Of a stretch of DNA of 64,000 nucleotides, positions 45,199-61,014 are shown piece by piece (position 1 is the first letter of the stretch; each line of letters begins with the position of its first letter). The stretch comes from the human T2T-CHM13v2.0 reference genome, Homo sapiens, in the NCBI RefSeq assembly GCF_009914755.1, contig NC_060926.1; one strand, written 5' to 3'. The position numbers and the translations under genes were made by a program. The notes beneath the pieces are model-generated. The model had not been told where the DNA came from and did no database searches. It was given only the letters and a program-made list of their open reading frames with translations.

Positions 45199-46081
45199 AT
45201 GTATTGTTTTGTAATCAGAAAAACACTAAAGCGATTTCTATTTGGAAAAAAGCTATAACCTTTCATCTAATTTAATAATGTCCACAGACTCTCAGATAGA
45301 TTCAGAACTCCTTTCTAGTCAATACATGTGGAACAAAATGCTATGATGTTAGGATTTTTTGGTAAATCAAATAATGGTGTAAAAATTACCACCTAAAAGC
45401 ATGTAATTTCAAATTTGCAAATAATACAATACTATAATTATATTGGTAGTATGAGACACTTTGTGTTTGTTTCTTATTAGTGTGAAAACAGAATCTGGAA
45501 CTTAAATAATCTAGTATCTGTTAGAAAAATGAGAGTAAATGTAATTTTAACTTCAAAGCAAATAACTTCAAAACCAATCTCTGTTACATACTTGAAATAA
45601 AAGTAGCCCTAACTGCTTGATAAGGCTAGAAAACAGCTGTTCTTTGCTTTGTTTTGCAACATTATCACCTGCAAGACTTCCTGGAATTGACAGTGTGTAC
45701 CAACCCCAAATCCTGTCCTAGAATAAACTTTTAGTCAAAGGAACACAGAATCATTTCCCCCACTATCACAGATATGACAAACAGGGACTAGAAGACAATA
45801 TACTATTACATTTTTGAGAGTGTTCCAGGACAATAGTTATAAACCAGGTCATTATCAGAAGAGACATGATCATGATCAGATTCTTGAGTTTTATAAAATC
45901 CACTCTGGCTGCCGTGTGGAAAATGAACTACAATGGTGCTGGGGGTGGGCACTGCTACCCTAGAAGCAGGAGGCATATTAGGATATTTCAACTGCGGGAT
46001 TTCTAAACTGTGAATTAATAAGTCAGTGAGAACTCATAGTGGCCTGAACTACAGAAGAGGTTATAGAAATGGAAGTGTCAC

Positions 46082-46379
<298 letters not shown>

Positions 46380-46974
46380 GGAAGTGTCACTCTTTTATTC
46401 ATTAATTTCAATAATTATTCATTGATCCCCATGCCAGGCACTGAGATTACAACTCTAATATGGCCCCTAAATAGAGCTTAGAGACACAGAGCTTATAGTT
46501 TAGAAGGTGGAATGAACACAGATCATTAACTGAACATTGGAGGTGGGGAAAGAGGAGAGTCAAGGATGACTCTGAATTGTCTAGCTTTAGTAATGGAGTG
46601 AATGGTGATGCCTTCTTCATAAGAAACAAAGAGAAGAAGCAAGATCAAAGTAGAGAGAGATGCGTTGAGTCTCAGTTTTAATGCTGCTGGGACATTCAAG
46701 GGGAGGTGTCTAGTGGACGGCTGGATATAAGGTGGTAGGCTTTAGAAGAGAGATCTGGGATAGAGTTATGGATTTGGGAATCATCATCAATAGCTGATGC
46801 ATGAAGCCCCCACAGTGAATGAGGCCACTGAGAGTGAATGTCTAATGGGAGATGGGAAAAGGCCTAAGATATAAACCTCAGGAACCTCAATTTTAAGGGT
46901 TTGGAAGAGGAAAAGAGTCTGCAGAGAGGATTAAAGAGTAGACAGAGAGGCTGAAGGAAAACTAGGAGAGTGAA

Positions 46975-47060
46975 ATGGTGATGATGATGATGGTGGTGGT
47001 GGTGATGGTAATGATTACCATGATGATGAAGGTGATGGTGGTGGTGATAAATAATGATGA
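46975..47060. repeat. (TGA/TGG)n trinucleotide low-complexity repeat
   Basis: atggtgatgatgatgatggtggtggtggtgatgg... Confidence 0.9.
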
Positions 47061-47742
47061 AGATTTTCACTGATAAAAGCCGAAAGTTAGTAAGCATTTG
47101 CTACGAGTCAAGCACTCTCCTAGGGGCCTTACATGAATCATCTCAATAAATCCTTGAGTAATCCATTAAGTAACTTGCTCAGATTCACACAGCCAGTAAA
47201 GGACAGACTAGGGAATTGAACCTATATCTAACCTAAAACCCATGTTCTTTACACAGCAATGCCTTCCAATCAACTGATAAGCTGAACTTTCCCCTGATAT
47301 TTCACAAACAGCACAGGGATGGGGGCAGGAAACAAAGAGAATTATGTGTTGTTGTTGCTTTTTTTTTTTTTTAAGTATTTGGGTCTGTTTATGTCTCTAA
47401 CAATTTTCTTTAATCTTTGAGATTTTCTTCTTTGTTTTCTAAGGAGTGGTTAGTACTCATCTTAGTTATGCAGCAATCACTGGAGATGTTGACTGGAATC
47501 TAGCTGCTCTAAGTAGTCCCCTTCCTTTAGTGATTCTTCTTTGTTAATTAAGAAGACAATGTAAAAAAGTGGAGAGAAAAGCAATTTGCAAGTCATTTAA
47601 AACTGGCATTTACAATTTGAATTAACTTTTCTCTCTAATTTAAGATTTGGTCCTAAACATTGAATCCAAGGGATGATGCAGATATTCAGCATGGCTCAGA
47701 TACTCTAGTCTCATAAATGTCTCAGGGGAGGCATATGAGGGC

Positions 47743-47743
<1 letters not shown>

Positions 47744-47791
<48 letters not shown>
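47744..47791. repeat. (GA)n microsatellite
   Basis: About 24 AG units. Confidence 0.97.
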
Positions 47792-47793
<2 letters not shown>

Positions 47794-49968
47794 CATACTA
47801 TGCCTTGCTATACAAACTCGTAATTCAGCTTGTGGTCTGTATTATTGGAAAACAACATTGCTCTACAGAGATCAACCTCAACCTATCTTGTCAAAATCCA
47901 GAAACAGAATGGCTCTTTTAAAACACAGTTATAGCTAAGAATACATGGCCAAAGAACCAGCATTATAAAAAGCAATGAGTTCTGCACATAGAGCTTGTAG
48001 TTATACATCAGAGAGTACAATTTTATGCCCAATATAACAAAACTAGTCATAACTTTCTTGTAAGAATACTCCCATTTAATACATCTTCATGGTTACCGAC
48101 ATTTACACAATCCATGCATTCACATGCTAGTTCTCATGCTCAACTACATTCATAAATCCAACGTGCATATCTAGTATGTCACCATGGACTTCTATTGGCA
48201 CAATAAACTTTGCACTCATTCCAAGGACTGACTTGGTCCTCTGCCTAAAAAAAAAAAAATCTATTAAAATGTCTGCCTTAATAATAAGGCCTTCATCCGG
48301 ACTACCTAATCTTATTTTTTAAGCCCAAATTACTTCTTTTCTCAACTGATTAATCATTCACGAAGGTTCTACGTAGAGTCCAGCACTGCTTGACCCCACT
48401 TCTTCTCCATAGCCTCCACCAACCACCATGTGTTTGCCAGGATTCTGTTTGGGTGAAAAATAATCAGATTTGAGGTTGAAATATCAACCTCAAACTCCTA
48501 CTGAGAAGTGAAGATAGGTGCCTGAAGAGAATATGGAGAGAAAGAAGGCAGTACAACAGTGCAAGCCAACTTTTCAGCTGCCTTATTTGTAAGTCATGAA
48601 CTCTCTGGTTCACTTGGGGGAATGGCTGAGATGCACAATGGAGTTTTTGGTCCAAGAATATTATTGTATTTGAAATTACAATAATTCATAGGACAGTTTC
48701 TCAATCTGGAGGCATTTCCACAGGATTGGAGGACTCACATGAACAGCATTTCAATGCTTTGGATTTAAAAGCAGCAAAGGCAATAGAAGGTTAAATTTAA
48801 GCCTCTTCTACAAAGTGAATCTGTGATAAGAAAATCAAGAACAAACAGGAGCTCAATGGTAAGCCAACTGGCTGCTGAGTTAACAAAACAGTAATCTTAT
48901 CATCCAAATTTGTGAGGGAACACATAAATATAACACTTGAGCTGGGAAGCCAAGCTTTATAAATAGTATAGATTATGACAGACTACATGAAAACATGGCA
49001 GGGAAAAATCCAGGGGCCCCGAGAGACCTCAAGCTAATCTACACCAGTTTTAAAATTTAAGAAAATAGAAAGTGAGTATGACTCAGGCTGCCAAAAGAGA
49101 AAAGTATAGCTGGTGTGTCTGAGGTAAGCCTCTTTCATGTTGCTTCTAAACTACACACTGGTTTACACAAATTAGAAGGGATGGGAGAAGCTAGAAAACC
49201 AATCAGAAAATATCCCTGGGGATCACATCAAGGAGGTTCTCTGAGAAGAGGTTAAAAATGGATTTCTTTATCTTTTAGCAGTGAAGACTGAGAGGACATT
49301 TATGGATCTTCAAGTCTATGAAGGGGTGGAAGCAGGCCAGGGCCCCTGGAAAGTTGGTGCCTGTGTCACAAAGTCTCTCTCCCATTCTGCTTGTCTATGC
49401 TGAAGAATGAAAAGCTATTCAGGCAACCTCAGGGCCACTTCTGTGTCAACTGTGCAGCCAGTACTCGTCAAGCTATGACCTGGCCTCGGCTCAGCCCAGA
49501 ACGGGGGGCTGAGTCTGCAGAAGTTCCAGACCACCCAGGCCGTGTCAATCTCCTCCCTTCAGAGGATCCCAGGGGACTGGTTTGAGGTTGGGAGATCCCA
49601 TAGGCCTTTTGGTCTCAGAACTGATATGATGTGCCAAACCACGCTGGACCCCAGTGGACCCCCAGTCTTTCTGCATATCCACAAAGAACCTCAGGCTCAG
49701 CCCCAAATCAACTCTCATTCCAAGGTGGCATATCTGTAGCAGCAGTGACCATCTCTTTCTCATGATTCCACTCACATCCTTCACAGCTATTAGAAGAATC
49801 TGTGTTCCCAGAAATTGTTATTAACAACAATTACCAGAAACTCGGTAGTTTGTATGAATGTATGTATGAATCAAACCTAATTTAGTTTCTGTCTCCCCCG
49901 ACTCCAATTCCATAAGCAAGGAGACATTACCTTTCTATAGTTGCGTAAGTCAAGGTCTATGCAACTTT

Positions 49969-50239
<271 letters not shown>

Positions 50240-51360
50240 GGTCTATGCAACTTTTAAAGGCAATAACACAAATTAAGGAGGGTGCTACTGAAAGCTTAGC
50301 TACATTAAGTTTCCGTTTCTTCTTGGGAGCAGATTTTGATGACTCTGATTATCTCCACCCTCCAGTGTGTATTCAGTTCCTGATGATTTCCTTGCCAATT
50401 AAAAGGCAGAAGAGCCTGTAGTATGTGTAAGGAAAGGCTAATGAAATCCACTGTGAAAATAGATCCGAATGCAACATGCAAAATGCATGGTATTTCAAAC
50501 TACCTTGCAAGAGCCCTAAAAATGTTCATATACTTTTGACCTAGTAAACCTACTTCAGAGACTCTATCCTGATAAAGTTTTAAGCCCAAAGCCATTTAAT
50601 AGTGAAACATTATGAACAACCTAAATTGTAGAAGAGCTAAGTTATGGTTGAGCTAATAATTGAATATTATTTAGTGATTAAAAATGTTTATCAAGAGTTT
50701 TTAATGACATTGGGAAAGGATTATGTCATGATATGTTATGAAAAAAATCAGCATACAGAATTACACCTTCAATGTTACTTAACAGATGTAAAAAATAAAA
50801 TATATGGATAAGGAAACCTGAAGGAAATACACCAAAACGTTCATATGAGCGGAGGTAGTGAAACTACGGGTGTTTTGATTTCTTGTTTCTACTTTTTTGC
50901 ATATTCTAAACTTCCTACAACAAATAAACATTACTAGAGAATAAGATAAATTTCTATTGAAAAGTGAAATGGTTGAATCAGATGATTTCCAAGGTCCCTT
51001 TAGCTATATTCTGCACCATATCCAATAATAATGTAAGGGGTTGATGTTTTTATGACTAGTATAGCTTTATTAAAACAATAACACATTCTGGCCAGTATTA
51101 CTGTTGGTTGAGTATATTACTTCATGGCCATTAAACTGCAAATTCCTTAGGGGCAGGGACTACCCATACTATGTAGTAGGCATTCAATAAATGTTTATAG
51201 AACTGAATTTAAATCTGGTAAGTGAATGAGACAGCATTAGTGGAATTAATTATTGGATGATAACACATTTGCTTGCTTGCTTTGACACTGCAGAATTACC
51301 AAAAACATTGCTGGTTATTTTATATTTTGGATAGATTTTCCCTTTATAAAAACAATCTGA

Positions 51361-51667
<307 letters not shown>

Positions 51668-51679
51668 TCATTGCTACAT

Positions 51680-52050
51680 TTTAAAAACCAGGGGTTGGAG
51701 GTTGGGAGGAGGGATGAGTAGGCAGAGCACAGAAGACAGAGCAGTGAACACACTCTGAATGACAGTATGATGATGAACAAATACCTGGCATTATACATTT
51801 TTCCAAACCCACAGAATGTATAACACCAAGAGTGGACCTTGAGGTAAACTCTGGGACTTTGGGTGATTTTGATGTGTCACTGTAGGTCCATCACTTGTAA
51901 CAAATGTACCCTCTGGTGGAGGATGATGATAATGGAGGAGGCTGTGCATGGGGCGGGAGGGGAGCAAGGAGTATATGGGAAATTTCTGAGCCTTCTTCTA
52001 TCCAATTTGCTGTAAATCTAAAACTGCGCTTAGAAAAATAAGTCTTATAA
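51680..52050 (+). mobile_element. Old L1 (L1MC-like) 3' end
   Basis: cattatacatttttccaaacccacagaatgtataacaccaagagtg...ctgtaaatctaaaactgc resembles the L1MC 3'UTR. Confidence 0.7.
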
Positions 52051-53371
52051 TAACAAAAACACCAACCAACCAATCAATCAGCAAAACAAGCAAACAAATA
52101 AACAAACCTGACCTTTCATAGAACATAGTCTTATAACTGAAAAATGGTCTAGGGTTAGTATGACTTTCTAAACCACAGTGTCAGTTTACTGCTACAAGGT
52201 GATGAAATCACTTATCATGAGGTGACCCTTGGGTTGTCTACATTTCAGGGGTCATAAGGAAGTAAAGAAGATTCATCAAAATTAAGTTTTTATATTTAAT
52301 TGATGGACCAATACTATAAAAAGGTGAGACACCAGTAAAAGAATTCCAAACATGTTTTCTGGTTGTAGAATACCTAAACCAGTCCAGAAAATGCCAGATC
52401 ATGTGTTTTTGAAATAATAAGACAGTGTGATTCCTTTCATCTCGCTGTAGGTGTTCCAGATGAGAAATAGTGTTAAGATTAACTCATACAAAATAAAGCC
52501 ACTATTATTAGGGATAAGGCATCGTGGTTGCTAAAAACATAAGGAGTCATCCAAGGCTGAAAGAAACCAAAAGTGATTGCAGAAGCGAAAAGGGTTTTAA
52601 CTTACTTGAAAGTAATGCAAAGAATTGCTGCAGAAGCCATTCCAAATGTGAAAAAAAAATAATCAAAGTGTTCCCATATTATTTTGGAGGTCCCACAGCA
52701 GCTTTGGGTTAAAATGATTTAAGTAGTGGGAGAATTCCCAAATTCAATTTTTCCCAAGCAAAATAAAAATATAAAATTACTCTATCTGGGTTAAGCAGAA
52801 TCATACTTCACCTTAATAAAGAAATATTCTATCTGGTGCCAATACTTTCCTATAACTGAATTTAGTTTCATTCTTTTGTGTGGGTAGTGAACCAAAAGAG
52901 GGGAGGAATGTTTACATCTTGGAGACAGGATAGAGAAGAGAGATAGCTGGAAAAGGTGCCAGAGAAAATCTCTGAGGGAACAGCCACCAGCAAATTCCAG
53001 AAGCACCAACTTCAGATACAAAGTGAATGCCCTGGCTGCTGATGCCAGCAAAATATGCCTTGGATGCATTCTTAATATCTCTCCTTGGGATATGATTATG
53101 AGTGCTGCAAGTTCATTTGGATCTGGCAGTAATCGTTGCAAGGAAATGTCAGTACAATGAGATACTTCGGCTACTCCCTTGATATTCATATTAAGGGAAT
53201 GGCCTAGACCATACCTATTTAACTTCTAATTTTGCAGAGTATTTCAAAGGTTAAGTCACCCTTCTATATTAGCAGTAAGTTGGATATATTGTGTTCTATC
53301 AGTGGAAGAGGCATCTGATTTTCTTTCATGCTCTTTTTGGATTCCTGCATTACATGTGTGTGGTGGTGATT

Positions 53372-53376
53372 GTGTG

Positions 53377-53418
<42 letters not shown>
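53372..53418. repeat. (TG)n microsatellite
   Basis: About 23 TG units with one CG interruption. Confidence 0.97.
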
Positions 53419-53420
<2 letters not shown>

Positions 53421-53639
53421 GGGGCAGGGGAGAGGAGGACAAAAATGAAAGGTCTATGTTAATCAGCCCTTATCATATCACTCATGGGTAGCATAAGTTT
53501 AGGATGCAAGAGAGTAAGAAGGGTAAATAGGTTATTGATAGATTCCCTATTGTTAAGATAAATGATCCTAAACTTGTAAAAATAGGCAAAGAGGATAATT
53601 TCATGTCCTTTCAAAAGCATCATTTAACAGGCCCACCCA

Positions 53640-53962
53640 GGCCAGGCGCAGTGGCTCATGCCTATAATCCCAGCACTTTGGGAGGCCGAGGCGGGCAGAT
53701 CACGAAGTCAGGAGTTTGAGGCCAGCCTGGCCAATATGGTGAAACCCCATCTCTACTAAAAATACAACTAAAAATACAGAAATTAGCCAGGTGTGGTGGT
53801 GTGCACCTATAGTCTCAGCTACTCAGGAGGCTGAGGCAGGAGAATCACTTGAACCCAGGAGGTAGAGGTTGCATTGAGCTGAGATCACGTCACTGACTCC
53901 AGCCTGGGCAACAGAGCGAGGCGAGACACCATCTCAACAAAAAAACAAAACAAAACAAAAAA
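53640..53962 (+). mobile_element. AluS
   Basis: Dimer; TSD aacaggcccaccca. Confidence 0.93.
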
Positions 53963-54038
53963 ACAGGCCCACCCAAAAATTAATTTTTTTAGTATAATGT
54001 TAATTAAGGGCAATTTCTCTGTGAAAATTACACGTTAA

Positions 54039-54404
<366 letters not shown>

Positions 54405-57069
54405 TAGGAAAAAATAAAATAAAATAAAATAAAAGCCTCCAGAGGTCATAGCTTATTGCCCTGTAGGACATGAACCAGTTTTGTATCTAAACTAGTAATC
54501 TCATTCTACTATTACTATATTAAAGTGCCTACACATGCTCTGTTCCTCAGATGCTCCTTGGAAAGCTTTAGCATCTTACTGGTTCCCTCATTACTTAATG
54601 AGATTTTTCAAAAATTGTTTAACACATTTCACTCTTCTCTTATTATGACAGTCATGTTTTTAATTTTTTGAAAAGTAAACTTTGACACCACTCATCAGCT
54701 TTAATGCTAACAGAAGCCTTCAAAAGTCTTACTATCCTTTGGAAATGCCTATAAAAGTCTCCTCCCCTCAGTACTGTTCCACAACTAACTCTTTTCATAA
54801 AAACATTGAGAGAATTTAAGAAGGTGCCTTTCCCTTCTTCCAAAGGCACTTGTTGGACAAGAGACAGAGTAGACAGAGCTATGATGTCCCAAGAGCAGAA
54901 AATCCATCCCACTGGATTTCCAATGAACTCTTCTTAGGCTCCGAGACTGAGAAATCATAGGCTCCTCTCACCTCTTCAAGGGTCTACTTTATCCAAAAGG
55001 TCATGGTAACGGCCAAGGATTTTCATATGGGCTACCCTCTCCTGGTTCCCATTGGTTTGTCCCTGCAGTAGCCAGTAACACAGGCTCCCGCTTCCTGGGC
55101 ATCTGTCTCTCTCTCTCTCTGGGCATACCCTATAGGCCTTGGCTCAAGCATCAACTATGGTCTTCAAGCCACCTCAAGACTGTATGGCCAGCACTTGCTC
55201 ATTTTTCTCACTGGAACCAACAGGAGTTGCCTAATGCCAGCAATTGCCTCTCTTCTCTCCCCATTCTAAGAGAAAAGGTCAGCCTTTAGAGTGTTGAATT
55301 CATTCAGCACACTTCAGTAGGAATTCACAATGCATCTTCCTGTCTCTTTTTCTGGCCTCCTTCCTGCTTAGAATTTTTAGCAGAACTACAGGGAACCTCA
55401 CTCCAGCAGGATACCTATAGATCTCAGATCTCAGATCACCTGCAGCCCAACAGGCAGACCCCTCTCTCCTTCTCCATCTTACCTCTCTTCAAAAATAAAT
55501 CTCACCACAGAAGAAAATGAAATACACAATAAAGAACAGATTATTTACAACAGAAAGCAAGAGCACATGAATCTAATCTAAGCTAAACATGATAATTCAA
55601 AGAATTGTTTTCTCCAAAGTTCATACAATTTCATTTCATTAAATCAGGTTTTCATTTAGGTAAGATATCTATTGTACCACAGCTATTTAATGGGTACATT
55701 AATGAAAAAAAAACATAAGAAAAATATGTTTTAGATTTTAAGAAGACAAAAGCCTATATAAAAATCATAATATAACTTTATCTTCTTTTAATGTAATAAA
55801 ACTATGATACCCCCAAGCCTGATTTTGTGTGTGTGTCAATTTAAAAAATGGTTCCTACTTTGAGTCTTTCCACTGCGGGGTCCACCTTAGCCACACACTA
55901 TCCTCCTGATAATTATGCCTCTTTTTATTTGAAGGGGTTCCTGGTAGCCAGCTTGCAGGCCTGCATTTGGCAAATCTAGCCTTCTTGGATTCACTTTCTG
56001 TGAGCTTTTAGACCATATCCCAGTCCTACTCCTGTTACCTTGTCCTTTGGCTATTATTGAATAGGAAATATCTACCATTTCCTTCACAAGTGGCCAACAT
56101 TGTTGGGAGAAAAGGAAGAATACTGTCCATAAGACTCAATTCCTATTGCTTCCAATTGTATCTTCTCATTCCACATCTGCCCCCTCCACTACTAAAAAAA
56201 AAAAAAAAAAAAATCCAAATTTCTTTCCTCCAGGCCTCCATATTTAAAGAACTACCTGTCTCTCGGGGAAGACAGGCATTCTGCTTCCTACCCTCTCTCC
56301 CCCAATGTCAAATATAAATCACTGTCACAAATCCAGAAAGCCCAGGAATAACATATGAATTTTAAGAAGTCTTAAAATCAGGTCCTAAACTGTTTATTTT
56401 TATTTATTTATTTTTTAGTTTTACAACCTCAGCTGAGAACTGACTAAACCTTTTCAGGCATCCAGCAATTCTGAAAGTGAATCATGTTCAGCCAGTGAGG
56501 CATTTTCAGTAAATGCAAGGCATTTTCAGTAAAGGCAAGAATGAGGCATTTTCGGTAAACAGTGTCCATCATATAAAACTCACTGCAGTTTATGAATTTG
56601 GGCCACCAGGATGCAAATGCAGCCGTTTCACTCCCTGGATTCAGAGGCTTTTGCACCAATGTGGGTGTGTCTATGGCTCCTTTTCCATCTGTTGTTTGTG
56701 TTTTGTTTCTAGCTGTTAATTAGCTTGTTGAACAGCAGGTGTGAGAGAAAGGGATATTTAATTTAGTAATATGTACCACAAACGTCCTCACGATTCTCAC
56801 CCTAACCAGTTTCACTGTTTGCTGATAGCTTCAATAAACGGGTTTAAGAAGAGAGGTGAAACTGTTGACTAAAATTAAGTTTTTGTAGTACCTGGACTTA
56901 TCCTACTACCTCAATCCCTAGTAATGAAAGAAAACCTAAAATGTAGTGTAATTCTATATCATTCAGAAGAGCAATTTAATATAATAGAAATCTATACTTG
57001 TAAAGTTCCTTTCTTATTGTTCCCCATTATCTATTAGAATGACTTTGCTCTAGTTTTGACAAGGCGTTT

Positions 57070-57195
57070 TAAAATTTTTTTGTAGAGATGGGGGTCTCAC
57101 TATGTTGCCCAGGATGGTCTCAAACTCCTGCCCTAAAGTGATCCTCCGACCTCAGCCTCCCAAAGCACTGAGATGACAAGCATGAGCCACCCTGA
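57070..57195 (-). mobile_element. Alu monomer (FLAM-like)
   Basis: Single left arm. Confidence 0.8.
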
Positions 57196-58061
57196 CGAGG
57201 CTTTATTTTGAAAGTCATGTTAAAAAATACTTTCTTACACCCTAAAAATTATGGAAAATTAAATATTGACAAAGTTTTGTTTTTAATTTTTAAAAATGTG
57301 GGGCATCAAATATGTTAAGCATGCAGATGAAAGGCAGGTGAAAAAAAATTCAGTGTTCCATTTAAAAAACAGGTAGTGATGCTATTAGCTTGACACGGGG
57401 GAGACTAAACTACCTTTATTTGCTGGACAACAGCATGGTTGTCAAAACTGGACCCTGGTTTTTTTTTTCCCTTTCAGGACACATACTGTATCATGGGTTC
57501 TTTAATTTAGTGTATGGATTAGGTAGGGACATATTTGAAAGCACTAATTCACTCTTGATTGCCAAATTCATAAAGTGAACTGCTTAAGGTTAGATAAGAA
57601 TGATCTATTTATAAAATCTAGTGCCAAAAATTAAAGTAATTATAATAGAAGTGTGATTTTTATTTCTGATCTTTTTAAAGTCAAGGGATCAGTGATCAAA
57701 CAATTAAAATGAAGAGTCCATATCTTAAAATAACAAATTCAATTTGTAGGATATTTTCTTTTTTGTTTACTTACTGTATTTCTTGGAATTTTATTTATTA
57801 AGCAATAAAAATGGAAGTGAACACAACTGCATAAAAATTTTGGAATACTTCTCTGTATGTTATCATAGTCAAAAGATGTTTTTCAGAATTTGTCTTATGA
57901 TGCCAAATTATTCCAAAATTTCCTAAATGGTTGATAAACAGAGTAAGAACTGGATTATACATCAGCTCCTGCAGTTTCCAACTGCACATTCCAGTTTTAA
58001 AGTATAACCATAATGTATGCTTTCCTCAGAAGGGTGCCTGGCATTTATTTATGATGGTCAA

Positions 58062-58351
58062 TTTTTTTTGTTGTTGTTGAGATGGAGTCTCATTCTGTTG
58101 CCCAGGCTGGAGTACAGCGGCGCGATCTCGGCTCACTGCAACCTCTGCTTCCTGGGTTCAAGCAATTCCTGCCTCAGCCTCCTGAGCTGGGATTACAGGT
58201 GCCTACCACACATACAGCTAATTTTTGTATCTTTAGTAGAGACAGGGTTTCACCATGTTGGCCAGGCTGGTCTCAAACTCCTGACCTCAGGTGATGCCCG
58301 CCTCGGCCTTCCAAAAGGCTGGGATTACAGGTGTGAGCCACCGCACCCAGA
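58062..58351 (-). mobile_element. AluS
   Basis: Dimer; TSD tatgatggtca. Confidence 0.92.
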
Positions 58352-59128
58352 CTATGATGGTCAGTTTTTAAGTATATGCCTGAAAAGTGACATGATCTCG
58401 ATGAATGCCCTTTTAATTCTAACAACACACCAAGCACAAACTGAGATCTCACTTGGTCCTAAAATAATAAAGCAAGCCCTCTATTTGTAAATAGTTTATA
58501 CACACAAATTCCTAGCAATTCCATAAAAGAGCTATAAAAAGGAAGTTTTATGCCTAAGCAAAAAAAAAAATTAGTAGAGCTTAATTTCCGCATTTATTCA
58601 TTGTAACAGCTTTGAAAAAAGTTTCCAAGTTTGTGCTCAGAGAGGGTGCTGAATTTGGAAAGAATAACTAGAATTATTAAAATTAAATATTAACGGTGGA
58701 TTTTATTAAAATGCCAAAGAATTATCAAAGGTTCTGGTGGTTTCTATAATTGCACAGTTTAAACCATAAGCTGGATTTCTTTCTTCTTTTTTTTTTTCCT
58801 TTTCTATTTTGGTAAGAGGGAAGCAGTTGGGCTATACAAGCTTGTCCTATGATACTTTCATGGCTGTCTTGTCTTTGCTGAACAGACAGGAGCTCTTCTT
58901 TTTATCCTTTCTACCTGAGCTGATAATTCTGTCTTCATTTTACTTCCCTTCCTCAACTGCAATAAGGAAGTTGTATTGTTACAACTTCCCTACAATAATG
59001 AGGTCAGGTTGCCATGGTCTCAACTGCTCTGAAGGCATTTTATTTTTAACAGGACCAACCACTAACAGTAGAGACTTAAAGTCCTCTGCCTTAACTCTGA
59101 GATACAATCCCACCTGTAGTGTCATTTT

Positions 59129-59257
59129 ATTTCCACCCGTGTTATTCATTCATAGCCTAAAAGCTCCTAAATTTCCACCCCTGTTATTCATTCATAGCCT
59201 AAAAGCTCCTAAATTTCCACCCCTGTTATTCACTCATAGCCTAAAAGCTCCTAAATT
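59129..59257. repeat. 42-bp minisatellite, 3 near-identical copies
   Basis: atttccaccc(g/c)tgttattca(t/c)tcatagcctaaaagctcctaa starting at 59129, 59171 and 59213. Confidence 0.97.
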
Positions 59258-60273
59258 ACCAGGAAGAAAGCAAGAGAGTCTGAAAGCTCAGGTCCCTGTT
59301 ACTCCTCCTCTGTCTAAAGACAGGCTTGGAATCTCACTCTTCTAAACACCACTGGTCACTCTGATAAGCTTAACTTTCCTTTAAAATGAACTTTTAAGTG
59401 ATGACAAATGTTTTCTTTTCCATTGACTTTTTATATAACTTCTAAATAACATGTACTCAAGAAGGCATGCATTATTTAACAAGGTACCTGACTCTAGACC
59501 AGTATCTGACCCAGAGAAGATACTCAATAAATTTGTTTTGATGCATAAATTTGAAAAAAAATGAAAGAATTGTAAACTGTCTTTAAAATACAGACAAGAA
59601 AAGAAAAAGGAAATAACATGGCCCATAACCCATAATGGCAGCAGCCAGAGATAACCAACCGACATTTCAGTATGTACTCTACTAGTCATATAACATCCTA
59701 GAAACATACGTAAATCATGATGCATGCATTATTTTTGTGTGTGCTTAATATGTAGTGAATATTTTTCCCATCTACTAAATATTCTTTTGCAATGTCATTT
59801 TATGGCCACATAGCATTCCAATAAATCAGTGCAATAGTGTGCTGGTAATTTAACTTTCTTCCCTATTCTTGACCTTTTAGGTTGTCCCCTTTTTGGTATT
59901 ATTATTATTATTGGTACTGTCAGCTATAAACATTTGTGTGGCTGAATCTTTATGAATATTCACGATGATTTCCTGATGCTAAATTCCAAGAAGCAGAATA
60001 TTAAGGCTTTTGATTCGTAATCGGCAAAATCTTTCTAGTAATTTAAATCAAATATTAATCTTTCTAGTAATTTAAATCAAATTTTAGGGTAGCTTTAGGT
60101 GTGGTGCACGCAGAAATGCTTTACTGGGTCTTAGTTTGTCATTTCCAGTATTATTCACTCCTATCTCTGAATTTACACCTTTGAGGCTCATTGAAGCAGT
60201 CATTCTCCCAGGAGCCTGTTGTTACAGAACCCTCAGAGAGCAAGAAACTCTTTCATTAAAAAGAGCTCCATAA

Positions 60274-60348
60274 GCTTGCAGTGAGATGAGATCGTGCCAC
60301 TGCACTCCAGCCTGGGCGACAGAGCGAGACTGGCAAAAAAAAAAAAAA
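60274..60348 (+). mobile_element. Heavily 5'-truncated AluY-like insertion (~75 bp)
   Basis: gcttgcagtgag...gggcgacagagcgagact plus A tail; agctccata on both sides. Confidence 0.88.
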
Positions 60349-60718
60349 GCTCCATAGTTATTTGCACCTGTTCTTTCATGACCAGCTGGAGTAGTATACA
60401 TGTCTCTCAATTCTTTTTCTAATAGCAAGCATATTTTAAAAAGTAAATCTTGTTTTCTTAAGACTTTGTAAATCTTTACTGTACTCATCCTTAATAGGTA
60501 AAGTAAAATATGAGTTGAGCCATGTTTACACCACAACAAACAGACACAACCTGGGTTTTCCCATGAATAGAAATTAATTTCAACTTGTGAGAAAGAAACG
60601 AATAAAAAGTTAGCCTTAAAAAGCATTTATAGCTATCTATGAATAACTGTCTTTAGAAGACTATTAAATTTTTCTTTAAACGTTTATCACCATTTGGTAA
60701 ATAAGGTAACAGAATTAC

Positions 60719-61014
<296 letters not shown>

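Noticed and set aside
46864-47097. Poly-His ORF
   Set aside because: It is the translation of a (CAT/CAC)n simple repeat between L2/MIR fossils, with no splice or homology support.
47717-47938. (RE)n ORF
   Set aside because: It is the translation of a (GA)n microsatellite.
52791-53189. 132-aa minus-strand ORF and nearby donor CAA|gtaagt (~52605) as an extra ANKRD44 exon
   Set aside because: No ankyrin similarity, and I could not pair a convincing acceptor and donor in frame.
59129-59257. 42-bp repeats as a CRISPR-like array, and ORF 58809..59345 as a gene
   Set aside because: The copies are head to tail with no spacers, in primate intronic DNA. The ORF has no recognisable domain and starts at a non-ATG codon.
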